Below, in pieces: positions 46,306-55,359 of a stretch of 64,000 bases of DNA. Source of the stretch: Paludibacter sp. (GTDB lineage: Bacteria > Bacteroidota > Bacteroidia > Bacteroidales > Paludibacteraceae); the NCBI GenBank assembly GCA_024710005.1, contig JANJVQ010000018.1, positions 82,764 to 146,763 of the forward strand, in the 5' to 3' direction. The number at the start of each line of letters is the position of its first letter. Position 1 is the first letter of the stretch. The notes beneath the pieces were generated by a model. The model saw nothing but the letters and a program-made list of their open reading frames with translations, did no database searches and was not told the DNA's origin. The translations under genes were made by a program, and so were the position numbers.

Positions 46306-47344
46306 TAATCCCGAGTATCCTACCGGTAGGCACATCCACCGTAATTTTAATCCCCGGGGTACGCAATAATGATTCGGGTAATGTCACCAACTGTCCAAAC
46401 TGCGGTATCGGGATTGTCTGTTGCAATACCTGATTTACTCCATCGCTGACTGTAACCGTTGTAAGGGCCGGTAAAACCGTATATAAGCCTGCGCTTTCCA
46501 CTTTCGCCTTCGGATCGCGTTCCTGCATTCGTATTTTCTCAGGTGCAATGGTGATAAAATAAGGCTCTCCACTCAAATCATCCTTGGCAACAACACCACG
46601 TGTTGCCGACAAACGAAACAATACCTCATTAGAAACAACATTATCAGGACTCAAATTTAACTTGTAGACCTTCGTATTTTTTCTAACAGAACCGATAAAT
46701 AACGCTGTCAACTCTTTTTCCTTAGCATCAAGTCCGCTGAGCATGGTTTTTAGCGCCTCACCATCCGGCAAATGGTCCATTTCTCCTGACAAAAGGTTTA
46801 AACGACTGGCACGGATGTCATAAATCTGTTTGGCAGCGCCTTCTGCCATCTTAGCTGTAGAACCGGCCATCATATACTCCTGAGTTAACGACAACAATTC
46901 AGGCTCAGATCCGGCAACTTCCTGCTTCTGCATGTTACTGACGTCAGTTTTAGCAGCAGATGGAGAGGCCGGAACAATATTAACTCCGCATAAAATCCCC
47001 TGCTCGTTTACCACAATACCATTCAGGGGAGATTTCGCCATAGGCTCTACCGCGAACCGGCGATTCACATCCGGCACTGTAACGGTTTGCATGCTGATAG
47101 ATTTCACTTTAGAGCTGGTTTTCTCTTCCATCACAACCTGACTGGTCGCCAGATACCGTTGAGAATACAAATAAAATACACCCGGTTTTTCTACCGTAGT
47201 TTCCACCTCTATTTCGAAACAAAGGTTTGTTTTTGGCAGTGCATACACCAAGGCTGGTACTCCATCCGTCAGTGCAAATGCTGACTGCGCACGAATACCG
47301 GCAATTCCAACAAAAAGCAGGCTGATGATAATTAATTTCTTCAT
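46289..47344 (-). CDS. Conserved exported protein (DUF4831-like)
   Basis: Signal peptide; VYALPKT, PGVFYLYSQRYL, MAEGAAKQIYDIRASR, IPQFG. Confidence 0.7.
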   Translation of the reverse strand: MKKLIIISLLFVGIAGIRAQSAFALTDGVPALVYALPKTNLCFEIEVETTVEKPGVFYLYSQRYLATSQVVMEEKTSSKVKSISMQTVTVPDVNRRFAVEPMAKSPLNGIVVNEQGILCGVNIVPASPSAAKTDVSNMQKQEVAGSEPELLSLTQEYMMAGSTAKMAEGAAKQIYDIRASRLNLLSGEMDHLPDGEALKTMLSGLDAKEKELTALFIGSVRKNTKVYKLNLSPDNVVSNEVLFRLSATRGVVAKDDLSGEPYFITIAPEKIRMQERDPKAKVESAGLYTVLPALTTVTVSDGVNQVLQQTIPIPQFGQLVTLPESLLRTPGIKITVDVPTGRILGIIIPRQ

Positions 47345-47362
47345 GTGAATTATGCAATTTAA

Positions 47363-47409
47363 TTAGTGGTTAGTGGTTAGTTAGTTGACAATTAACCACT
47401 AACCACTAA
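47363..47409. repeat. Hairpin built from TAGTGGT heptamer repeats
   Basis: TTAGTGGTTAGTGGTTA (47363-47379) / TAACCACTAACCACTAA (47393-47409), perfect 17-bp inverted repeat. Confidence 0.85.
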
Positions 47410-47419
47410 CAATTATACC

Positions 47420-49744
47420 CTATTTTTTTCGAAATCCTTTTTTCTTCGGCTTCGCAGTTCCCTGTTGCTCTACCAATTCCTTACATTTATCTGCCGTCAG
47501 GGTTTTGGGGTCAATACTTTTAGGTATTTTGTAATTATTCTTTTCAAACGTAAAATAGGGACCGAAACGGCCATTCAACACCTGGTATTCGTTTTGTTCC
47601 CCCAACACAGCTATTACCTTATTCTTTTCAGCTTCACGTTTTTCCTCTATAATACTGATTGCCCGTTCAGCAGCGACACTCAGCGGATCATCGGTCTTGG
47701 GAAGGGAATAAAAACTTCCATCGTGACGGATATAAGGGCCAAAACGGCCAATGGCAACGGTCATCTCTTTACCCTCAAATTCACCCAATTGCCGGGGCAG
47801 TTTAAATAATTCCAAGGCATCTTCCAGGGTAATGGTCTCAATCAATTGATCTTTCCGGAGCGATGCGAAAACTGGTTTTTCTTCTTCCTCAGCAGTCCCG
47901 ATTTGGGCAACAGGTCCGAAACGACCAATCTTCACCGAAATCTGGCGACCTGATTTGGGATCAGTTCCAAGTATCCGCTCGCCTACCTGCCGTTCCGAAT
48001 TCTTCAGCGTATCTTCCACTACCGGATGAAATTGCTTGTAGAACTTATCAATCGAGCTCACCCAGTTAATTTTTCCATCGGCAATACTGTCGAACTCTTT
48101 TTCGACCTGAGCCGTAAAGTTGTAATTTAATATTGTCGGGAAGTATTCAGTGAGAAAGTCATTGACAACCATCCCGATATCGGTAGGAAACAACTTGGAT
48201 TTTTCCGCACCCGTATTCTCAGTTTTAATTTTATCTGAGATCTTCCCTTCCTTGAGAACTAACATATTAAACGTACGCTTTTCTGCCGGACGATCGCCCT
48301 TTTCAACATAGCTTCTGTTCTGAATCGTCGTAATTGTGGGAGCATAGGTCGAAGGTCGGCCAATCCCTAATTCCTCAAGCTTTCTTACCAGACTGGCTTC
48401 CCCATAACGTGGTGGTTTTTGTGTGAAACGCTGCTGAGCAACAATTTCATCTGCTTTCAATGACTGATTTGCTTTCAGCGCCGGCAACCTGTCAGCTGCT
48501 TCTTCATCCTCATCGTCTGTTGATTCGAGATACACTTTCAGAAAACCATCAAAAACAATCACTTCTCCTGTTGCTACAAATTGATGCTGGTTGCAGGAAC
48601 AGTTAATAAAAACGGATGTTTTCTCCAACTCAGCATCCGCCATCTGAGAAGCAATAGTACGTTTCCATATTAAATCATAGAGTTTCTTTTCCTGCGCCGT
48701 ACCTTCAATGGTATGCGCATTCATATAGGTCGGACGAATCGCTTCGTGCGCTTCCTGAGCACCTTTGGTATTTGTTGTGAATTTTCTGATTTTCACATAT
48801 TTTTCTCCCGCCATCGACGTAATTTCAGCACGGGAAGTATTCAGCGCTAAATCCGACAGGTTTACCGAGTCGGTACGCATATAGGTAATTTTACCGGATT
48901 CGTATAAAGTTTGCGCCACCCGCATGGTCTGGGAAACGGAAAAGCCGAGTTTCCGGGCAGCCTCCTGCTGCAAGGTAGAAGTGGTAAATGGCGGAGCAGG
49001 CGATTTTTTCGCCGGTTTCGTAACAATATCACTGATGCTGAAGGAGGCACCTTTACTATGCTCCAGAAAAGCCATAGCATCTTCCTTATTGGAAAAGCGG
49101 TGTTGCAACTCAGCTTTCAGCTCAGCAGGATTTCCCTTCACATCAACAGCCTGAAAAACGGCATTGACACGATAGGATGATTCAGCTACAAAATTATTGA
49201 TTTCGCGTTCGCGTTCCACAATCAACCTGACCGCGACCGATTGTACACGTCCCGCTGAAAGCGATGGCTTTACTTTTTTCCACAAAACCGGCGACAATTC
49301 GAAACCCACAATGCGGTCGAGTACCCGGCGCGCCTGCTGCGCATCTACCAGGTGATCGTCAATTTCACGGGGATTCTCGATGGCTTTGACGATTGCATCT
49401 TTGGTAATTTCATGAAAAACAATGCGTCTGGTTTTTTTCTTATCTAATTTTAATTCGTCGAATAAATGCCAGGCTATGGCTTCTCCTTCACGGTCTTCAT
49501 CGGAAGCCAGCCAAACAGTTTCAGCTTCCTTCGCCGCTTTTTTAAGTTCTGAAACTACTTTCTTCTTATCAGACGAAACTACATAAAGTGGTTTGTAATT
49601 GTGCTCGAAATCGATACCGATACCTTTCTCTGCCAAATCCCGGATGTGACCGAAACTGGACATAACCTGATAATCGGAACCGAGAAATTTTTCTATGGTC
49701 TTGGCTTTTGCAGGAGATTCTACAATGACTAGGTTTTTTGACAT
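47420..49744 (-). CDS. topA: DNA topoisomerase I
   Basis: LVIVESPAK, ASDEDREGE, SAGRVQS, ITYMRTD, GIGRPSTY, C-terminal GRFGPY repeats. Confidence 0.98.
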   Translation of the reverse strand: MSKNLVIVESPAKAKTIEKFLGSDYQVMSSFGHIRDLAEKGIGIDFEHNYKPLYVVSSDKKKVVSELKKAAKEAETVWLASDEDREGEAIAWHLFDELKLDKKKTRRIVFHEITKDAIVKAIENPREIDDHLVDAQQARRVLDRIVGFELSPVLWKKVKPSLSAGRVQSVAVRLIVEREREINNFVAESSYRVNAVFQAVDVKGNPAELKAELQHRFSNKEDAMAFLEHSKGASFSISDIVTKPAKKSPAPPFTTSTLQQEAARKLGFSVSQTMRVAQTLYESGKITYMRTDSVNLSDLALNTSRAEITSMAGEKYVKIRKFTTNTKGAQEAHEAIRPTYMNAHTIEGTAQEKKLYDLIWKRTIASQMADAELEKTSVFINCSCNQHQFVATGEVIVFDGFLKVYLESTDDEDEEAADRLPALKANQSLKADEIVAQQRFTQKPPRYGEASLVRKLEELGIGRPSTYAPTITTIQNRSYVEKGDRPAEKRTFNMLVLKEGKISDKIKTENTGAEKSKLFPTDIGMVVNDFLTEYFPTILNYNFTAQVEKEFDSIADGKINWVSSIDKFYKQFHPVVEDTLKNSERQVGERILGTDPKSGRQISVKIGRFGPVAQIGTAEEEEKPVFASLRKDQLIETITLEDALELFKLPRQLGEFEGKEMTVAIGRFGPYIRHDGSFYSLPKTDDPLSVAAERAISIIEEKREAEKNKVIAVLGEQNEYQVLNGRFGPYFTFEKNNYKIPKSIDPKTLTADKCKELVEQQGTAKPKKKGFRKK

Positions 49745-49850
49745 AAAAACTGTGTTTTGGTTACTTTTAGCTCATAATCGGCTGCAAAATAACAAAAACA
49801 ATATGTTACAAACCAAATTTTGAGGGATTTATTTTTATATTTTAATAATA

Positions 49851-50005
49851 AACCATATAAGTCATATAAGATACATATACGTTTTAGTAAAATGGAGTTC
49901 AGTATTTGCATGACCAATTTTCTGCCTAAACAGGTAAATAATTTGTATCACAGAGTTCTATATACGCTCCAAAACTTATATGTATCTTATATGACTTATA
50001 TGGTT
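49851..50005. mobile_element. 155-bp MITE/REP-like element with 35-bp terminal inverted repeats
   Basis: Left AACCATATAAGTCATATAAGATACATATACGTTTT (49851-49885) vs reverse complement of 49971-50005: 34/35 identical; 85-bp interior; no clear target-site duplication. Confidence 0.65.
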
Positions 50006-50011
50006 AAGAAA

Positions 50012-52825
50012 CTATTCCCCCGGCATCATTACCACTTCCAGCACATTTCCCTGTTCTGTCAGTTTCTTCAATGTCGACTGAATTTTTTCTGATGTCAGGG
50101 CTTCTACTGCTGCCGTGTAATCTTCTACGAAGTTCAGCTTATCCTGATAGAACTTGGTAATGGAGCCCGACCACCAGTTATTTTCTCTCAGGTCCTCAGC
50201 GTATTTCTTGATCATGTTTTCCTTTACTTTACCAAGATCATCTGCACGCGGACCTTTTTCAACAATTTCATCGACTTCTTTGTGAATAATACTCATCAGG
50301 TGCGCCTGTTTCTCCGGATCGGTATCAAACTGCATCATTACATTGGCCTGATCAATCGGGGTATTAACCAAACCGCCTCTTACCCCTACACCATACGATC
50401 CGCCTTCTTTTTCACGTATGCTCTCAAGATAACGCATATTCAGGATATTTCCGATGGCATTCATGGCAACATAATTCTCCATATTAAAAGGAAGATGACC
50501 TGTGTAAAGTATGAAGTTAGATGCTTTTTTTATCTGCATATCACGCTTGAAGTGATTATTAACCAATCCCCTCGGGTAACGGATGTTGTTGTCGACAAAG
50601 TTTTCATGCTGCTTTTTCGACTTCAGACCGCCGAGATACGTCAACACTGCTTGTTTAACCGCTTCGTTCTCCGGATCAACATTTCCGGTAAACACAAAAG
50701 TAAAATCAGCAGGAATAGCAAACCGGTCTTTATAAATAGCCAACGCTTTGTCCTGATCCAGTTTATTGAGCGTTTCCATATTGAAAATCACAGTCCTGGG
50801 ATGACGATTATAAATCATGAGTGAAACCGAATCTGAGAAGGCCCTGCGCGGGTCGTTGGCACTGTTTGCAAGACTCGTCTTATACATATTCACCAAAGCA
50901 CCAAACGCATTATCATCTTTTCGTGGAGCAGTGAAATACAGATAAACCAATTGCAGCATCGTTTCAAAATCGGCAACAGATGATTTTCCACTGAACCCTT
51001 CATCATACTGACCAATTTTTGGACTTACAGATGCAATCTTACCTGTCAGCATTTTATTCAGCTCAATCAGTGAAAACTCACCTACACCGTTATTCGCGAC
51101 GATAGTTGCTGCAAGCATTCCGGATACCATATCCCCGGCATCTTTCACTTTCGACAATCCTCCTTCGCTGAAAGCATTCAACAAAACCTCATCATTTTTA
51201 AAGTCTGTTTTCTTAAACACAACCTTCACTCCATTCGCAAGTTTCCACGTCGTGGTTCCAAATGTTTTATCCTGTTCTGTCTTTTTAATTTTACCTGCTT
51301 TCGGAGCCTTCTCAATCAGCGGTCTATTCAAATCTTCCTCTTCCCTGGCTGTCAACTCAGCAGCTTTAACCTCTGCTATTGTCTGAAGAATAATTTCTTC
51401 AGATGGCACCAATACAGAAGGCTTATCAGGAGCCATGAATGAAACAATCATATTTTCATCTGTCACGTAATTTTTTACAACCTGATTAATCAAATCAGCA
51501 GTCATTTGTGGAATCAGCATCTGGGCGGTTTGATATTCCCACTCTATACCGGGTATCACTTCTCCATCCAGGAAATGACGAACATATTCACGTACCAAAT
51601 CCCTGTTGCGCTGGTTCTCCCGATCGTTATAGGCATTTTCGAGTGATTTTAAGATATCTGTTTTAGCTCTTTCCACTTCAGCATTCGTAAAACCGAATCT
51701 TTTCATTTTCTCGGCTTCGAGTAATAATGCTTTCAGTCCCTGATGCTCCTGACCTTCTTTAGGAATCGCCAGCAATTGAAACGCATCTTTTGATTTCACC
51801 AATTCGCCGTATTCAGCAAAACCTGCTACAAAAGGCGCATCTGCCTGCTGTGTGATTTCCTCAAAACGATATCCCATAATCGTAGAAACGACAGAATTCA
51901 AGAGACCTGTCATATATCCGGCCAGAGTAGATTTTATTTCATCAGGCATAACCTCATGCTTGTACTCCAGTTCTATACGGGTCATACGTGCTTCTTTGTC
52001 TTTTACAATTGAAATGATTGGTTCCTTATTATCCAAAATTGGATATACCGGACGTTCGCCTGCATTTTCCTTTGCTGAAATATCAGCAAACATCGTTTTT
52101 ATTTTTGCTTCCACCTGATCAACATCTACATCGCCCACAATCAGTATTGCCTGCAAATCGGGACGATACCATTTGCGATAAAAATCACGCAATGTTTCAT
52201 GACTGAAGTTATTAATCACAGCCGTATCACCGATAACATCTCTTTTAGCATATTGAGAACCGGGATATTTCAGATAATTGGAAGCTTTCCACATCCTCCG
52301 TTCAGGACCTGCACCAGTACGCCATTCTTCACGGATCACTCCCCTTTCTGAATCAATTTCTTCACCAAGCAAAGAAATAAATCCCGACCAATCGTGTAAA
52401 ACCAGCAAAGCACTGTCGATAACACTCTCACGCACCGTTGGCACATCCGACAGGTTGTAAACCGTTTCGTCTAAAGACGTATATGCATTTATATTAGAGC
52501 CAAATTTAACACCGATCTTTTCGAAATACTCGATAATCATTTTGTCGGGAAAGTTTTTAGTCCCGTTAAAAGCCATGTGCTCGAGAAAATGCGCCAACCC
52601 GTTCTGATCATCATTTTCCAGAATCGCACCTACATTTTGCGCGATGTAAAATTCGGCCCTTTGCTTTGGCTGCTGATTTTGACGAATATAATAGGTCAAA
52701 CCATTTTCTAATTTACCATAACGTACTTTCGGGTCAATGGGAACAGGAGGCATTTGCTGGGCAAATACAGGGGTTGTCATCCCAAATAAAACCAGCATGA
52801 CAAAAAATAACTGCAAATTTTTCAT
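50012..52825 (-). CDS. M16 family zinc protease (insulinase/PqqL-like)
   Basis: GKLENGLTYYI, AHFLEHMAFNGT (HxxEH), NAYTSLDETVY, LESIREKEGGSYG; signal peptide. Confidence 0.95.
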   Translation of the reverse strand: MKNLQLFFVMLVLFGMTTPVFAQQMPPVPIDPKVRYGKLENGLTYYIRQNQQPKQRAEFYIAQNVGAILENDDQNGLAHFLEHMAFNGTKNFPDKMIIEYFEKIGVKFGSNINAYTSLDETVYNLSDVPTVRESVIDSALLVLHDWSGFISLLGEEIDSERGVIREEWRTGAGPERRMWKASNYLKYPGSQYAKRDVIGDTAVINNFSHETLRDFYRKWYRPDLQAILIVGDVDVDQVEAKIKTMFADISAKENAGERPVYPILDNKEPIISIVKDKEARMTRIELEYKHEVMPDEIKSTLAGYMTGLLNSVVSTIMGYRFEEITQQADAPFVAGFAEYGELVKSKDAFQLLAIPKEGQEHQGLKALLLEAEKMKRFGFTNAEVERAKTDILKSLENAYNDRENQRNRDLVREYVRHFLDGEVIPGIEWEYQTAQMLIPQMTADLINQVVKNYVTDENMIVSFMAPDKPSVLVPSEEIILQTIAEVKAAELTAREEEDLNRPLIEKAPKAGKIKKTEQDKTFGTTTWKLANGVKVVFKKTDFKNDEVLLNAFSEGGLSKVKDAGDMVSGMLAATIVANNGVGEFSLIELNKMLTGKIASVSPKIGQYDEGFSGKSSVADFETMLQLVYLYFTAPRKDDNAFGALVNMYKTSLANSANDPRRAFSDSVSLMIYNRHPRTVIFNMETLNKLDQDKALAIYKDRFAIPADFTFVFTGNVDPENEAVKQAVLTYLGGLKSKKQHENFVDNNIRYPRGLVNNHFKRDMQIKKASNFILYTGHLPFNMENYVAMNAIGNILNMRYLESIREKEGGSYGVGVRGGLVNTPIDQANVMMQFDTDPEKQAHLMSIIHKEVDEIVEKGPRADDLGKVKENMIKKYAEDLRENNWWSGSITKFYQDKLNFVEDYTAAVEALTSEKIQSTLKKLTEQGNVLEVVMMPGE

Positions 52826-53025
52826 TTTGAATCGTTTTAATTATGAGAACTGAATTGTTATTTATTCATCTGAGTATAAACCAAAATAAAGCATGTAAGG
52901 TTGAATCTGTAACTTTATTCTTTTAATTTACATTTTCAGAACATGCAAAGTAAATGAATAATTCACTTTTATCAAAATAAAAATTTATATCTTTGACGCA
53001 CTTTAATAAAAATATACAAATTTAC

Positions 53026-53499
53026 ATGGCTATAAACATCGTTTTTGAGCAATGCAACTGGCAAAATCCGGAACACACAGGAGCCTTTCTTAACCTCCTG
53101 AATCATTACATGTCGGATCCAATGGGAGATTATCCTCCTCTGAATGAACATGATAAACAAAAGCTCTTAGTTCATTTAAGTAACCATCCCACAGCAGAGG
53201 TATTATTAATGAAATACGAAAACGATTACGCCGGTATGGCTACAACATTTATCAATTATTCAACCTTTAAACTGAAGCCCTACATGTACATTCATGATGT
53301 GGTTGTTTTGGACAAGTACAGGGGCAAAGGGCTGGGAAAAGCGTTGATAAGGGAATTAATCAATATTTCAGAGAACCGGGACTATTGCAAACTCACGCTT
53401 GAAGTCAGGGAAGATAACCCTGCGGCGCAACAAGTGTATAAAAACCTGGGATTTGAAGAATGTAAACCAAGGATGTATTTTTGGGAGAGAAAGATATGA
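53026..53499 (+). CDS. GNAT family N-acetyltransferase
   Basis: IHDVVVLDKYRGKGLGKAL, LEVREDNPAAQQVYKNLGF; start moved to MAINIV; TATCTTTG box at 52988-52995. Confidence 0.9.
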   Translation: MAINIVFEQCNWQNPEHTGAFLNLLNHYMSDPMGDYPPLNEHDKQKLLVHLSNHPTAEVLLMKYENDYAGMATTFINYSTFKLKPYMYIHDVVVLDKYRGKGLGKALIRELINISENRDYCKLTLEVREDNPAAQQVYKNLGFEECKPRMYFWERKI

Positions 53500-53604
53500 G
53501 TGAGTTACCGGGGTTCGATATTTTATTTATAAAATACGCATAAAAAAAAGGAAACATATTCTTAATTTTACATCCATAATTAAAATTATTAGTACAATCA
53601 TACT

Positions 53605-54141
53605 ATGCCAACCCGACTCCTCGCCCTCCTCCGCGGCATCAATGTAGGCGGAAACAACATCATCAAAATGGCCGACCTGAAAGCTTGTTTCGAAGCTATG
53701 GGTTTTACAAATGTGGTTACGTATATCCAGAGTGGCAATGTTCTTTTCGATGCTGAAGATGCCGATACAAAGCTACTCACCAGCGCAATAGAACAAAGAT
53801 TATCGGAACAATTCGCTTATGCTTCGCGCATTGTGCTGATTACACAGGAAAAACTACTCCGTATTATTCAACAGGCTCCCGATGGTTTTGGCGTTTATCC
53901 TGAAACCTATCGTTATGATGTGATTTTTCTGAGACCGCCGGTTTCGGCAGCAGAAGCCCTGTCGAAGATTAAAACAAAAGAAGGAGTGGATTTTGTGAAG
54001 CCTGGCGAAGGTGTATTGTATTTCTCACGTCTCAGCAGCAAATCGTCGCAAAGCCACATGACAAAGATGATTGGAACGGCTATTTACAAAGAAATGACCA
54101 TCCGTAACTGGAATACGACTACGAAGTTGTCTAAAATGTAG
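53605..54141 (+). CDS. DUF1697 family protein
   Basis: ALLRGINVGG, VVTYIQSGNVLF, TIRNWNT. Confidence 0.88.
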   Translation: MPTRLLALLRGINVGGNNIIKMADLKACFEAMGFTNVVTYIQSGNVLFDAEDADTKLLTSAIEQRLSEQFAYASRIVLITQEKLLRIIQQAPDGFGVYPETYRYDVIFLRPPVSAAEALSKIKTKEGVDFVKPGEGVLYFSRLSSKSSQSHMTKMIGTAIYKEMTIRNWNTTTKLSKM

Positions 54142-54250
54142 CTCCCGGATTTATTCCTCAACAAATCACAAATAAATTCAAGTTAAGCTGAATCAATTAT
54201 ACCATAAAAACCGTGCTTATATATTAAATTTGCATCTTTAAAAAACCAAT

Positions 54251-54736
54251 ATGACCGAAGATTTAAAAATCGCTCAAACAGGAGACAAGCAGGAGAAATA
54301 TATCACGCTGATCTCCCAATTACATTCACTTATATTTGGCGAACCGGACATTGTAGCCAACTTAGCCAACATCTCTGCCGCGCTGAAAGAAACTTTCAAC
54401 TGGTGGTGGGTAGGTTTTTATCTTGTAAAAGGAGATGAATTGGTGTTGGGACCGTTTCAGGGACCGATAGCCTGCACCCGTATCCGGCATGGGAAAGGCG
54501 TGTGTGGCACTGCATGGAAAGAAAAGAAAAGTCTACTCGTTCCTGATGTAAATGCATTTCCGGGACATATTGCCTGTAGTGCAGCATCCGTTTCAGAAAT
54601 TGTAACACCAATATTGAATAAATCAGGGGAGGTGGTTGGTGTGTTGGACGTTGACAGCGAACACTATGATGTGCTGGACGATACCGATGTCCGGTTTTTG
54701 GAGGAAATCAGCCAAATTTGCAGCAAACTCCTGTGA
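54251..54736 (+). CDS. msrC: GAF-domain free methionine-(R)-sulfoxide reductase
   Basis: WVGFYL, LGPFQGPIACTRI, GKGVCG, HIAC, SEIV, LDVDS; TAAATTTG box at 54225-54232. Confidence 0.88.
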   Translation: MTEDLKIAQTGDKQEKYITLISQLHSLIFGEPDIVANLANISAALKETFNWWWVGFYLVKGDELVLGPFQGPIACTRIRHGKGVCGTAWKEKKSLLVPDVNAFPGHIACSAASVSEIVTPILNKSGEVVGVLDVDSEHYDVLDDTDVRFLEEISQICSKLL

Positions 54737-54784
54737 AAATGGAAATAGTTGCTGCTTTACGCGCTTATTCACACGCTGCAAATT

Positions 54785-55261
54785 TCACAAGTTAACGCCT
54801 TCAGCACGCAACATTTGTTGCTTTAAGGCAAGTCCCCATCGATATCCTCCCAATCCACCATCGGTGCGAACTACCCTGTGACAGGGTATCAAATATGCGA
54901 TGGGATTAGCCCCAATGGCTGTACCTACAGCCCTGACTGCTTTAGGTCTCCCGATTGCATCCGCTATCTGTGCATAAGTTCGCGTTTCTCCTGCAGGAAT
55001 CTCTTGTAACGCTTCCCAGACCAATTGCTGAAAAGATGTGCCCTGTGGAGACAATCCAACAGGTTCTTTCAGTTTGAAAACTTTATCTCCCAACAACTTT
55101 ACTTGTTCTGATTCTTCCGTAAAATCAACACCCGGAAATCTCCGCTGTAAATCAGCAAGTGCAATTTCTTCCTGATCTGCAAAAATCAGCGCTGATAAAC
55201 TCTCAGTTGTAAAAGCCATACAACAGGTTCCAAATGGTGAGGTGTAAAATCCGTAGTTCAT
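54785..55261 (-). CDS. ogt: Methylated-DNA--protein-cysteine methyltransferase
   Basis: GTSFQQLVW, RAVGTA, IPCHRVV, LGGYRWG. Confidence 0.93.
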   Translation of the reverse strand: MNYGFYTSPFGTCCMAFTTESLSALIFADQEEIALADLQRRFPGVDFTEESEQVKLLGDKVFKLKEPVGLSPQGTSFQQLVWEALQEIPAGETRTYAQIADAIGRPKAVRAVGTAIGANPIAYLIPCHRVVRTDGGLGGYRWGLALKQQMLRAEGVNL

Positions 55262-55266
55262 TTAAT

Positions 55267-55298
55267 CAGTGGTTAGTGGTCAATGGTTAGTGGTTAGT
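55267..55298. repeat. Tandem heptamer repeat (T/C)A(G/A)TGGT, about 4.5 units
   Basis: CAGTGGT TAGTGGT CAATGGT TAGTGGT TAGT; same unit as 47363-47409. Confidence 0.8.
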
Positions 55299-55324
55299 TT
55301 AAGTGTTCAAAAGTTTAATTATTG

Positions 55325-55359
55325 TTCGCTATTCACTATTCGCTATTCGCTATTCGCTA
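55325..55359. repeat. Tandem heptamer repeat TTC(G/A)CTA x5
   Basis: TTCGCTA TTCACTA TTCGCTA TTCGCTA TTCGCTA; the last unit overlaps the TAG stop of the TonB receptor. Confidence 0.85.

Noticed and set aside
49729-50092. ORFs 49820-50092 (+) and 49729-49917 (-) across the inverted-repeat element
   Set aside because: They are by-products of the repeat and intergenic sequence; no credible protein features.
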